From Phycisphaera mikurensis NBRC 102666 (GTDB lineage Bacteria > Planctomycetota > Phycisphaerae > Phycisphaerales > Phycisphaeraceae): a stretch of 32,000 nt of DNA. Shown here piece by piece: positions 1 through 7,747 of the stretch. The DNA lies in contig NC_017080.1 in NCBI RefSeq assembly GCF_000284115.1, positions 2,400,001 through 2,432,000 of the forward strand. Reading direction: 5' to 3'. The notes under the pieces were generated by a model. That model made no database searches. It saw nothing but the letters and a program-made list of their open reading frames with translations, and was not told the DNA's origin. Positions within the stretch are counted from its first letter, which is position 1, and the number at the start of each line of letters is the position of its first letter. The translations under genes were made by a program, and so were the position numbers.

Positions 1-35
1 CCTGCGCATGGCCCATCGGTCGGCCAAGAACATCT

Positions 36-116
36 CCGGGTGCCACGCCGCTTGCGGGGTGGCGAGGGCGGGAGGTCGCCGCGACGCGGCCACCCCGCAA
101 GCGGCGTGGCACCCGG
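36..116. repeat. Perfect 28-bp inverted repeat with 25-nt loop overlapping first tandem copy
   Basis: 36-63 ccgggtgccacgccgcttgcggggtggc is the exact reverse complement of 89-116 gccaccccgcaagcggcgtggcacccgg. Confidence 0.95.
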
Positions 117-263
117 GCATCGGGGGGTGGCGAGGGCGGGAGGTCGCCGTGACGCGGCCACCCCGCAAGCGGCGTGGCACCCGGGCATCGGGGGGTGGCG
201 AGGGCGGGAGGTCGTCGCGACGCGGCCACCCCGCAAGCGGCGTGGCACCCGGGCATCGGGGGG
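60..263. repeat. Three head-to-tail copies of a 68-bp repeat (60-127, 128-195, 196-263)
   Basis: Unit tggcgagggcgggaggtcgccgcgacgcggccaccccgcaagcggcgtggcacccgggcatcgggggg; copies differ by single C/T changes (gtcgccgcgac / gtcgccgtgac / gtcgtcgcgac). Confidence 0.97.
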
Positions 264-316
264 TCTTGGAAGACCCGGCTGCTCGGCGCCGCCGGCGGAG
301 GCACGGATCGCCCGCG

Positions 317-1558
317 TCAGCCCGCGTTGGCGGCGAGCAGCTCGGGCAGCGGGACGCGCAGGCGGTGGAGGCCGCAGCCGGCGAGGTAGTCCAGCGGCCG
401 GGCGGGGTCGGGGCCGCGGCCGTCGAAGAGGCGCAGCGTGGCCTCGGCCACGGCGTCGCCCCCGGCGGGCGGCCGCGGCGCCTCGCCGGTCGCGGCGTCG
501 AAGAGATCGTCTCGGTAGACCTCGGCGGCGACCCGCCCGACGTCCAGCGGTCGCTTCAGCATCCCCCACCGCAGCAGCTCCAGCAGGAACCACACGGCGT
601 GCCGGCGGTCCGGTCGGTTGACGCCCTCGCCCGCGAAGACGTGGAAGCTCGCATCGGGCGTGGGCGGAACCCCCAGCGGCTCGCGGCCGGTGCGGAAGCG
701 CCCGCGAAGCGAGCGGGCGATGATCTCGGCCGGCTCCCCCACGTACTGCGGCTGCGCGAGGATCTCCGCGGTCCGGTCGCGGTTCTCCTCCGCCTGCACC
801 CAGCGGGCGGCCGCGACGATCGCCCGGATCAGCGCGGCGTGCGTGGCGGGGTGGCGCTCGGCCCAGCCGGCGGTGACGCCGAGCACCTTCTCGGGACCGG
901 CCCCCTGCAGCTGCCGCTTGGTTATGGCGACGCGGCCGACGCCCTCGGCCACCGCCACCGAGTTCCAGGGCTCGCCGACGCAGAAGCCGTCGAGCTCGCC
1001 CGCCGCCAGCGCCGCCGCCATCCGCGGCGGCGGCACGACGATGAGCTCGACGTCGTGATCGGGGTCGACGCCCGCGGCGGCGAGCCAGTAGCGCAACTCG
1101 AACTCGTGCGTGCTGCCGCCGAACACGATGCCGAAACGCAGGCGAGGGCGGTCGTCCCGCTCGCGGCGTCGCACCTCCGCGAGCACCCCCTCGGCCGACA
1201 GCGGGGCCGTGCCGGCGGTCGCCGGCGCCGCGGCCTCCACGGCCTCGGACAGCGCCACCGACAGCGTGACCGCGTTGCCGTTGAGGCCCAGGCTCACGCC
1301 GGTGAGCAGCGGCCGCCGCACGCCGTTGACGCCCAGCGTCGTGGCCAGCAGCATGGGCGCGATCATCTGGGCGCCGTCGAGCACGCCGTAGGCGACCTTG
1401 TCGCGCACGGCCGCCCAGGAGCGCTCGCGACTGGTGGTCACGCGGAGGCCCTCGTCCGCGAAGAAGCCGCGCTCGACGGCCACGGCCAGCGGGGCGCAGT
1501 CGGTCAGCGGGATCAGGCCGAGCACGACGTCGGCGCGTTCGGGGGCGGAGCGGATCAT
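317..1558 (-). CDS. nasS: NasS-like nitrate/nitrite sensor (NrtA/CmpA-family binding protein without signal peptide)
   Basis: 413 aa, NrtA-family motifs (GLIPLTDCAPLAVAVERGFF, DGAQMIAPMLLATTLG, GLNGNAVTLS, YCVGEP-like FCVGEPWN); no N-terminal signal peptide; ATGA overlap with upstream ANTAR regulator gene, the NasS/NasT arrangement. Confidence 0.85.
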   Translation of the reverse strand: MIRSAPERADVVLGLIPLTDCAPLAVAVERGFFADEGLRVTTSRERSWAAVRDKVAYGVLDGAQMIAPMLLATTLGVNGVRRPLLTGVSLGLNGNAVTLSVALSEAVEAAAPATAGTAPLSAEGVLAEVRRRERDDRPRLRFGIVFGGSTHEFELRYWLAAAGVDPDHDVELIVVPPPRMAAALAAGELDGFCVGEPWNSVAVAEGVGRVAITKRQLQGAGPEKVLGVTAGWAERHPATHAALIRAIVAAARWVQAEENRDRTAEILAQPQYVGEPAEIIARSLRGRFRTGREPLGVPPTPDASFHVFAGEGVNRPDRRHAVWFLLELLRWGMLKRPLDVGRVAAEVYRDDLFDAATGEAPRPPAGGDAVAEATLRLFDGRGPDPARPLDYLAGCGLHRLRVPLPELLAANAG

Positions 1559-2223
1559 CGAGATCTCCTCGGCGCGGCGGGGGAGGGTTCAGGAGGCGGA
1601 GCGGTCGTCTGCCGAGAAGCGGGGTTGGAAGCCGCAGCGGGGGCGAGCAGCGACGCGGCGGCGAGCATCCCCGCCGCGACCTCGCCGACCCGCTGCTTGC
1701 GGTCCATCGCGGCCTTGCGGAGCACGGCGTAGGCCTCGGGCTCGGTGATGCCGCGGCCGGACATGAGCAGCGCCTTGGCGCGGTCCACGTGCTTGCGCTC
1801 GTCCAGCGTGCTCTTGGCGTGCTCGAGCTCCCGCCGCATGGCCTGCTGCTGGCGGAAGTGCGCGATCGCCACGTCGATGATCGGCTTCACACGGGCGGAC
1901 GCCAGCCCGTCGACGATGTACGCGGACACGCCCGCCTCGACGGCGCGGGCGATGGTGCCCTCGTCCTCGTCTTGGCTGAACATGACCACGGGCCGGGGCA
2001 CCTCCCGCTGCAGGCTGTCGAGCTGCTCGAGCACGTCCCGGTCGGGGGCGTCGACGTCGATGAGCACGAGGTCGGGGTCGTGCTCGGCCACCGCGGCGGG
2101 GAGGCTCGCGCCCTCCAACGCGAACTCGATGGCGCCGTAGCCGCAAAGCCGCAGCACCGCCGCGAGCGTGGCGCAGCGGCCGCCGTCGGTGTCGGCGACC
2201 AGGATGCGGAGGGCGGGCTTCAC
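1555..2223 (-). CDS. nasT: NasT-like ANTAR-domain response regulator / RNA-binding antiterminator (GTG start)
   Basis: 222 aa: receiver-like N-terminus (LRILVADTDGG...DLVLIDVDAPDRD...VSAYIVDGL) plus ANTAR helices (LDERKHVDRAKALLMSGRGITEPEAYAVLRKAAMDRKQRVGEVA); GTGA overlap with nasA and ATGA overlap with nasS. Confidence 0.88.
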   Translation of the reverse strand: MKPALRILVADTDGGRCATLAAVLRLCGYGAIEFALEGASLPAAVAEHDPDLVLIDVDAPDRDVLEQLDSLQREVPRPVVMFSQDEDEGTIARAVEAGVSAYIVDGLASARVKPIIDVAIAHFRQQQAMRRELEHAKSTLDERKHVDRAKALLMSGRGITEPEAYAVLRKAAMDRKQRVGEVAAGMLAAASLLAPAAASNPASRQTTAPPPEPSPAAPRRSR

Positions 2224-4397
2224 CGCGCTTCTTCTACCTTCTCGATCCGCACGGCGCACGCCTTGAGCTCCGGCTGCTGGCTGGCGGGGTCCACCGCGTC
2301 GCTGGTCAGCTGGTTCACGTTCGCCAGCGGCCCCGCGGAGTCGGCCCAGTGGAAGGGGCTGAAGACGCAGCCGGGGCGGGCTTCGTCGCTGACGCGGACG
2401 GTGGCCTCGGCGCGGCCACGCCGCCCGACCACCGCGGCGCGGTCGCCGTGGGTGACGCCGGCCGCCGCGGCATCGTCGGGGTGGACCTCGAAGAAGGGTC
2501 CGCCCTCCTGAGCATCGAGCACCGCGACGTGCCGCGTCTTCGTGCGGCTGTGCCACTGGCTGGCGACGCGGCCGGTGGTGAGCACGAGCGGGAAGGCGGC
2601 GTCGGCGGCGTCGCATATCGCCGCGGACCGTGCGGCCGTCTCCTGCGTTTCGCCCGCGGTCCGCGGCTTGCTGGAGGCCGTGAGCACGCGGCCGCCGGCG
2701 TAGCGGCGGGCGGTGCCAGGGTGCCCCGGGTCGGGGCAGGGCCACTGGAGCGGGCCGGCGCGGAGGCGCTCGTTGGTCATCCCGGCGAGGTCGCAGGGCC
2801 GGCCGGTGGTGGTGCGGCGGAACTCGTCCCACACATCCTCGTGCGACGCCCACGCGAAGCGGCCGGCCGCGTCGCCGCGGCGCTCCTCGATGGCATGCCC
2901 CACCGAAGCGACGATCCACCAGTCGGGGCGGCAGGCGCCGGGCGCTTCGAGGAAGCGGTCGCTGCGCACGACCAGCCGCTCGGAGTTGGTCATCGTCCCG
3001 GCTTTCTCGCCCCACTGGCAGGCGGGCAGCACGACGTCGGCGTAGGCCACCGTCTCCGACGCGGCGGTCACGTCCTGCACGACGACCAGCGGCGTGCGGC
3101 GCAGCGCCTCCCGCGTCCGCTCGGCGTCGGGCAGGCTGGCGACGGGGTTGGTGCAGGCGACCCAGAGGACGTCGGTGGCGCCGGCGGCCGCGGCCTTGAA
3201 CATCTCGACCGCGGCCCGGCCGGGCTCGGGCGAGATGGAGCCGCGGACCGTGCCCCAGAAACGCTCCATCGCCTCGCGGTCCGCGGATTCGGCGACGAGC
3301 CGGTAGCCGGGCAGCTGGTGCGCGAGGTAGCCGACCTCGCGGCCGCCCATCGCGTTGGGCTGGCCGGTCAGGGAGAACGGCCCGCAGCCGGGCCGGCCGA
3401 GCTGGCCGAGCAGCAGCGAGAGGTGGATCAGCTCGCGGTTCTTCAGCGTGCCCTGGGCGCTCTGGTTGGCGCCCATGCAGTACAGCGACATCAGCTTCCG
3501 ACCGCCGAAGAGCGTCTCCGCCGCGGCGTCGAGCTGCGCCCGCGGGACGCCCGATCGCCTGGCGAGGTCGTCGGGGTCCTCGGCAGCCAGCCGATCGAGC
3601 CAGGCCGCGCCGCCGTCGGTCGCCGCCGCGAAGGCGGCGGCGTCGATCTCCCCCGCGTCGACGAGCGCCCGCGCGAGGAAGCGCAGCAGCGGCACGTCGC
3701 CGCCGGGCGCGACCGCGAGGTGGTGGTCGGCGTGGGCGGCGGTGCGGGTCCGCCGCGGGTCCACGACGACGATCCGCGCGTCCGGCTCCACGACCCGTCG
3801 CCGGCGGACGCGGTTGAAGAGCACCGGGTGGTTCGCCGCCATGTTGGCGCCGAGGATCAGGAACGTGTCGGCCTCCTCGATGTCCGCGTAGCAGCCCGGG
3901 GGGCCGTCGCTGCCGAAGGCTTGGGTGTAGCCCGCGACCGCCGAGCTCATGCACAGCCGGCTGTTGGTGTCGGTGTGGTTGCAGCCGAGCAAGCCCTTGA
4001 ACAGCTTCGTGAACGCGTAGCTGGCCTCGGTGTCGAGCTGGCCCGAGCCGTACCAGGCGACGCGGTCGGCCGGAGCCTCCGCGAGCGCATCCGCCACGCG
4101 AACGATCGCCTGCTCCCACGTCGCCGGCTCCAGCGGACCGCCCTTCTCCCGCCGGATCAGCGGCCGCGTGAGCCGGTCCGGATCCGAGAACACCTCGCCC
4201 GCGAGCGCACCCTTCGGGCACATCATCCCGAAGTTGGGCGCGTCGGCGGGGTCCGCGCGGATCCGCTTCACCGCGTTGCCCTCCACCGTGGACGTCAGCA
4301 CGCACCCCACCCCGCAGTAGGGGCACACCGCCTTGCCCGCCCGCGCAACGGACACCGCGGCGGCGTCGAAAGGCGGGAGCGAGAGCGTGGCAGGCAT
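2220..4397 (-). CDS. nasA: Assimilatory nitrate reductase catalytic subunit (molybdopterin oxidoreductase, single N-terminal 4Fe-4S)
   Basis: 725 aa; CPYCGVGC...MMCPKG 4Fe-4S motif, NTDTNSRLCMSSAVAGY, GANMAANHPV, QWPCPDPGHPGT, LTTGRVASQWHSRTKT. Confidence 0.93.
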   Translation of the reverse strand: MPATLSLPPFDAAAVSVARAGKAVCPYCGVGCVLTSTVEGNAVKRIRADPADAPNFGMMCPKGALAGEVFSDPDRLTRPLIRREKGGPLEPATWEQAIVRVADALAEAPADRVAWYGSGQLDTEASYAFTKLFKGLLGCNHTDTNSRLCMSSAVAGYTQAFGSDGPPGCYADIEEADTFLILGANMAANHPVLFNRVRRRRVVEPDARIVVVDPRRTRTAAHADHHLAVAPGGDVPLLRFLARALVDAGEIDAAAFAAATDGGAAWLDRLAAEDPDDLARRSGVPRAQLDAAAETLFGGRKLMSLYCMGANQSAQGTLKNRELIHLSLLLGQLGRPGCGPFSLTGQPNAMGGREVGYLAHQLPGYRLVAESADREAMERFWGTVRGSISPEPGRAAVEMFKAAAAGATDVLWVACTNPVASLPDAERTREALRRTPLVVVQDVTAASETVAYADVVLPACQWGEKAGTMTNSERLVVRSDRFLEAPGACRPDWWIVASVGHAIEERRGDAAGRFAWASHEDVWDEFRRTTTGRPCDLAGMTNERLRAGPLQWPCPDPGHPGTARRYAGGRVLTASSKPRTAGETQETAARSAAICDAADAAFPLVLTTGRVASQWHSRTKTRHVAVLDAQEGGPFFEVHPDDAAAAGVTHGDRAAVVGRRGRAEATVRVSDEARPGCVFSPFHWADSAGPLANVNQLTSDAVDPASQQPELKACAVRIEKVEEAR
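2621..2666. repeat. 46-bp inverted-repeat element copy (perfect), within nasA
   Basis: CCGCGGACCG-N26-CGGTCCGCGG; half-site starts 37 bp apart. Confidence 0.9.
3241..3286. repeat. 46-bp inverted-repeat element copy (perfect), within nasA
   Basis: CCGCGGACCG-N26-CGGTCCGCGG; half-site starts 37 bp apart. Confidence 0.88.
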
Positions 4398-4413
4398 CGC
4401 AAGAACGCGCGGG

Positions 4414-5361
4414 TCACCAGGCCAGCAGGCAGACCGCCCGCAGCTTGCCGAGGACGAGGACGGGGAGGGCGACGCCCATCGTGAGCCCGGCTTCCGCGGC
4501 GGCGGCGGCGCGGTGCCCGCCGAGCGACGCGAGGTCGTCGAAAAGGACCGGGCGGCGCGTCGCGGTCGCCGTCGCGACCGCGGGCACCGAGGCCGCCGAC
4601 GCGTTCGGGTCGATGAGCCCCTCTCGGCCGAGGCCGCTGCCGCCGGCGAACTCCAATGCGCCGCCGTCTCCGGAGATCCAGGCCTCCTGCAGGCGGGCCA
4701 GCGGGCTCTCTTTGGTCGACAGCCACAGCATCACCGCCCGCAGCTCGTTCTGGAAGCAGATGGGGAAGCCCACCGCCGCCGCGAGGCCGGAGGTCTCCGC
4801 GCCCGAGCTCCGCAGGAAGCCCGCCGAACCTTGCAGGTTGTTCACGACCTTCGGGCACTTGTTCTCCCACACGAAACCGGGCAGCCCCGCCCCCATCGGG
4901 AAGTTCACGTGCTTGGACAGCCGGCCGAAGCGCTCCAGCCCGCTGTAGTGCGCCTTCGCCAGGCCCAGCTCGAAGCGGGCCTTCTGCCCGGCCCACAGCT
5001 CCACCGCCCCGGTGAAGCCCGGGCCGCCGCGGAACAGGAAGGTGACCACCGACACCAGCTGGTCCTCATCGAAGACCGGCAGCCCGAGCGCCGCCGTCAC
5101 GCCCGCCTCCCGCGCCTCCGCGGCCCGCGGGAACGCCTCCTCGTCGAGGCCGTCCAGCAGCACCGGCACGCCGCGGGCCATCACCGCCCCGGGCAGCCCC
5201 TCGCCGCTGGAAAAGGACAGCTCGGCGGACGCGAGCCGCAGGCCCTCGCTGCCGTCGCCCTGGTAGAGGCCGGCGGTCCGGCGGATCCGGCCGGCGGCTT
5301 CGTCGGGAGCCCAGGTCTCGACGCCGGCGGTCATCGGGTTGGTTTGGGTGGCAATCTTCAT
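4414..5361 (-). CDS. Double GAF-domain protein (putative sensor) in the nitrate cluster
   Basis: 315 aa from ATG at 5361 (MKIATQTNPMTAG...); two GAF-like halves (SSGEGLPGAVMARGVPVLL.. / NFPMGAGLPGFVWENKCPKVVNNL..). Confidence 0.75.
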   Translation of the reverse strand: MKIATQTNPMTAGVETWAPDEAAGRIRRTAGLYQGDGSEGLRLASAELSFSSGEGLPGAVMARGVPVLLDGLDEEAFPRAAEAREAGVTAALGLPVFDEDQLVSVVTFLFRGGPGFTGAVELWAGQKARFELGLAKAHYSGLERFGRLSKHVNFPMGAGLPGFVWENKCPKVVNNLQGSAGFLRSSGAETSGLAAAVGFPICFQNELRAVMLWLSTKESPLARLQEAWISGDGGALEFAGGSGLGREGLIDPNASAASVPAVATATATRRPVLFDDLASLGGHRAAAAAEAGLTMGVALPVLVLGKLRAVCLLAW

Positions 5362-5624
5362 TGGGTTCTCGCGGGGATCTGTGGGTCGCTTTCTTTGATT
5401 TCCGTGAGCGGATGGAGGCTCGTTGAGGCAAGGGACCAGGGAATTGGGAATCGTTCTGGGGGAAGCACTCCACGGGCTGCGCTTCCGGCGGAGCTTGGAA
5501 GCCTTGCATCGCATGCGCAGCCTCGTGCTGCGGACATCGCTTCCATCCACGACGCCTTCCCGCGGACTCACCCCCATCTTCGACCCCCTGCCCGGTGGGA
5601 CCCCGGCGACGCGGAGCGTTCGCA

Positions 5625-6566
5625 CTAGGCCCGGATCAGCTCCATCGGCGGCCCGTAAACGGATTCCGCCGCCTTGAAGTCCCCGAACGACGCCACCGCC
5701 TCGGGCTCCGGCAGCTTGACCGGTTCCGCGTCCTCCGCAACCGGCTTGGGCTTCTTGTGCTTGTCGAACTTCTCGAGGAAGTCGATGAGGCTGCCGCGGA
5801 GGTCGTAGTACATCTCGTCGGCGAGCACGTCCTTGCGGTTGCGGGGCCGCTCGAAGGGGATGTCGAGCACTTGACCGACGCGGGCCCCGGGCCCGTTGGT
5901 CATCATGCAGATGCGGTCGGCCATGTACACCGCCTCGTCCACGTCGTGGGTGATGACCAGCGTGGTGATCCGCTCGCGGTCGAGGATGCCCAGGATCACG
6001 TCCTGCAGGTCCATCCGCGTGAGGGAATCCAGGCGGCCGAAGGGCTCGTCGAGCAGCAGCACCTTGGGCTGGAGCGCGATCGCCCGGGCGATGCCCACGC
6101 GCTGCTGCATCCCGCCGGACATCTCCCGCGGCATCTTGTGCATCGCGTCGGCGAGGCCCACCAACGAGAGGTAGTACTCGACGAGGTCTCTCCGCTCGGC
6201 CTTGGTCGCGTGCGGGTACACCCGCTTCACGCCGAGCATCACGTTGCCGAAGCTGCTCATCCACGGCAGCAGGCACGGCGCCTGGAACACCACCGCCCGG
6301 TCGGGCCCCGAGCCCACGACCTCCCGGCCGTCGACGATGACGTTGCCCGAGGTGATGTCGTTGAGCCCGGCGACCATCGACAGCACCGTGGACTTGCCGC
6401 AGCCCGAGTGCCCGATCACGCTGATGACGTCGCCCTGCTTCACCGCGAGGTTGAAGCCGTCGACGACGCGGATGGGGTCCCCGGTGGGATTGGGATAGGC
6501 CTTGACGAGGTTGATGATTTCGAGGTAGCGGTCGGAGGTTCCGCTTCGCGGGAGTGAGTTTTCCAT
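5625..6566 (-). CDS. nrtD: Nitrate ABC transporter ATP-binding protein (NrtD/NrtC family)
   Basis: 313 aa from ATG at 6566; Walker [10 protein letters not shown], signature [17 protein letters not shown], Walker [14 protein letters not shown]-loop VITHDVDEA. Confidence 0.88.
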   Translation of the reverse strand: MENSLPRSGTSDRYLEIINLVKAYPNPTGDPIRVVDGFNLAVKQGDVISVIGHSGCGKSTVLSMVAGLNDITSGNVIVDGREVVGSGPDRAVVFQAPCLLPWMSSFGNVMLGVKRVYPHATKAERRDLVEYYLSLVGLADAMHKMPREMSGGMQQRVGIARAIALQPKVLLLDEPFGRLDSLTRMDLQDVILGILDRERITTLVITHDVDEAVYMADRICMMTNGPGARVGQVLDIPFERPRNRKDVLADEMYYDLRGSLIDFLEKFDKHKKPKPVAEDAEPVKLPEPEAVASFGDFKAAESVYGPPMELIRA

Positions 6567-6600
6567 GGTGGGGGCAGGGCGTGTGGGCGTAGTTCGGGGG

Positions 6601-6736
6601 GAGCGAGCGAAGAAGCGAAGAAGCGGGGAAGTGAAAAAGTCGAACAGCGAGAGAAAGAGGTCCGTGGGCAGGTTGCTTCGCCGAAGGCGTTCGCTGACTT
6701 CTCCGCTTCTTCGCTTCCCCGCTTCTTCGCTCTTCC
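6601..6736. repeat. AAGAAGCG/CGCTTCTT palindromic intergenic element, copy A
   Basis: Purine arm gagcgagcgaagaagcgaagaagcggggaagtgaaaaagtc, loop containing gccgaaggcg, pyrimidine arm gacttctccgcttcttcgcttccccgcttcttcgctcttcc; ends at the stop codon of the gene at 6737. Confidence 0.9.
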
Positions 6737-7585
6737 TCACCCCGCCTGCGACAGATCCACCGGCTTCAAGTCCGGCAACCGGTACTCGGTGCTCACCCGG
6801 AGGCTCTTCGCCTCCTGGTTCAGGTCGAGCATGAAGCCGGAGACCTCGTTGCGGAGCTTCTTGAAGTCGGGGTTGAAGTTCAGCGTGGTGCGGTCGCGGG
6901 GTCGGCTGAGGCCGACCGGGAAGCTCTTGGCGAGGGTGGCGGAGGGTCCGGGCGTGAGCGGGACGATGCGGTCGGCCATGAGGGCGGCCTCGTCGACGTC
7001 GTTGGTGATCATCACCACCGTCCGCTTGTCCTCCTCCCAGATGCGGATGATCTCGTCCTGGAGGACCGAGCGGGTGAGGGCGTCGAGCGCCGACAGCGGC
7101 TCGTCGAGCAGCAGCACCTCGGGCTTCATCGCCATCGTCCGGGCGAGGGAGAGCCGCTGCCGCATGCCCCCGGAGAGCTCGCTGGGCTTCTTCCACTCCG
7201 AGCCGGTCAGCGTGACCATGTCGATGTAGTGCTGGATGTACGGCTTGCGGTCCGCCTTGCTCATCTCCGGGAACACCTGCTTCACCGCGATCTCGATGTT
7301 CTGGAACACGCTCAGCCACGGCAGCAGCGAGTAGTTCTGGAACATGATCCCGCGATCGGGTCCCGGCTCGGTGACGACCTCGCCGCGAAGCTTGACGGTG
7401 CCCGCGTCCGGCTGCTCGAGCCCCGCGAGCAGCGACATCAGCGTGCTCTTGCCGGAGCCGGAGAAGCCGATGACCGCGACGAATTCGTTTTCCTCGATGG
7501 AGAGGTTCACGTCCTCGAGGACCTCGTAGCGGTTGGAGGCGGGGCCGTAGCCTTTGGAGACGTTTTGGAGTTGGAGGTAAGGCAT
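6737..7585 (-). CDS. Nitrate ABC transporter ATP-binding protein (second NrtC/NrtD-like ATPase)
   Basis: 282 aa; [47 protein letters not shown]. Confidence 0.87.
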   Translation of the reverse strand: MPYLQLQNVSKGYGPASNRYEVLEDVNLSIEENEFVAVIGFSGSGKSTLMSLLAGLEQPDAGTVKLRGEVVTEPGPDRGIMFQNYSLLPWLSVFQNIEIAVKQVFPEMSKADRKPYIQHYIDMVTLTGSEWKKPSELSGGMRQRLSLARTMAMKPEVLLLDEPLSALDALTRSVLQDEIIRIWEEDKRTVVMITNDVDEAALMADRIVPLTPGPSATLAKSFPVGLSRPRDRTTLNFNPDFKKLRNEVSGFMLDLNQEAKSLRVSTEYRLPDLKPVDLSQAG

Positions 7586-7620
7586 GTTGATTCTGGGCGG
7601 GTTGCGTCAGGCGGGGCAGG

Positions 7621-7747
7621 AAGACAAGCGGAGAAGCGGGAAAGCGAAGAAGCGAAGAAGTCAGGCAGAAGAGCGAGAGTCACTTGCGTTGCCGAAGGCG
7701 ACTGCTGACTTCTTCGCTTCCCCGCTTCTTCGCTTCTTCGCTTGCTC
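7621..7747. repeat. AAGAAGCG/CGCTTCTT palindromic intergenic element, copy B
   Basis: aagcggagaagcgggaaagcgaagaagcgaagaagtcag ... gccgaaggcg ... ctgacttcttcgcttccccgcttcttcgcttcttcgcttgctc; ends at the nrtB stop codon. Confidence 0.9.

Noticed and set aside
60-263. Possible CRISPR array
   Set aside because: Contiguous 68-bp tandem units without unique spacers; no cas genes in the window.
8-1732. 574-aa plus-strand ORF and other long plus-strand ORFs over 1-5600
   Set aside because: Antisense to nasS/nasT/nasA with low-complexity R/G/P/A-rich translations; high-GC artefacts.
5362-5624. Possible tRNA or small ORF in the gap between nrtD and the GAF gene
   Set aside because: No cloverleaf or T-loop motif seen; short ORFs here lack any recognisable protein features.
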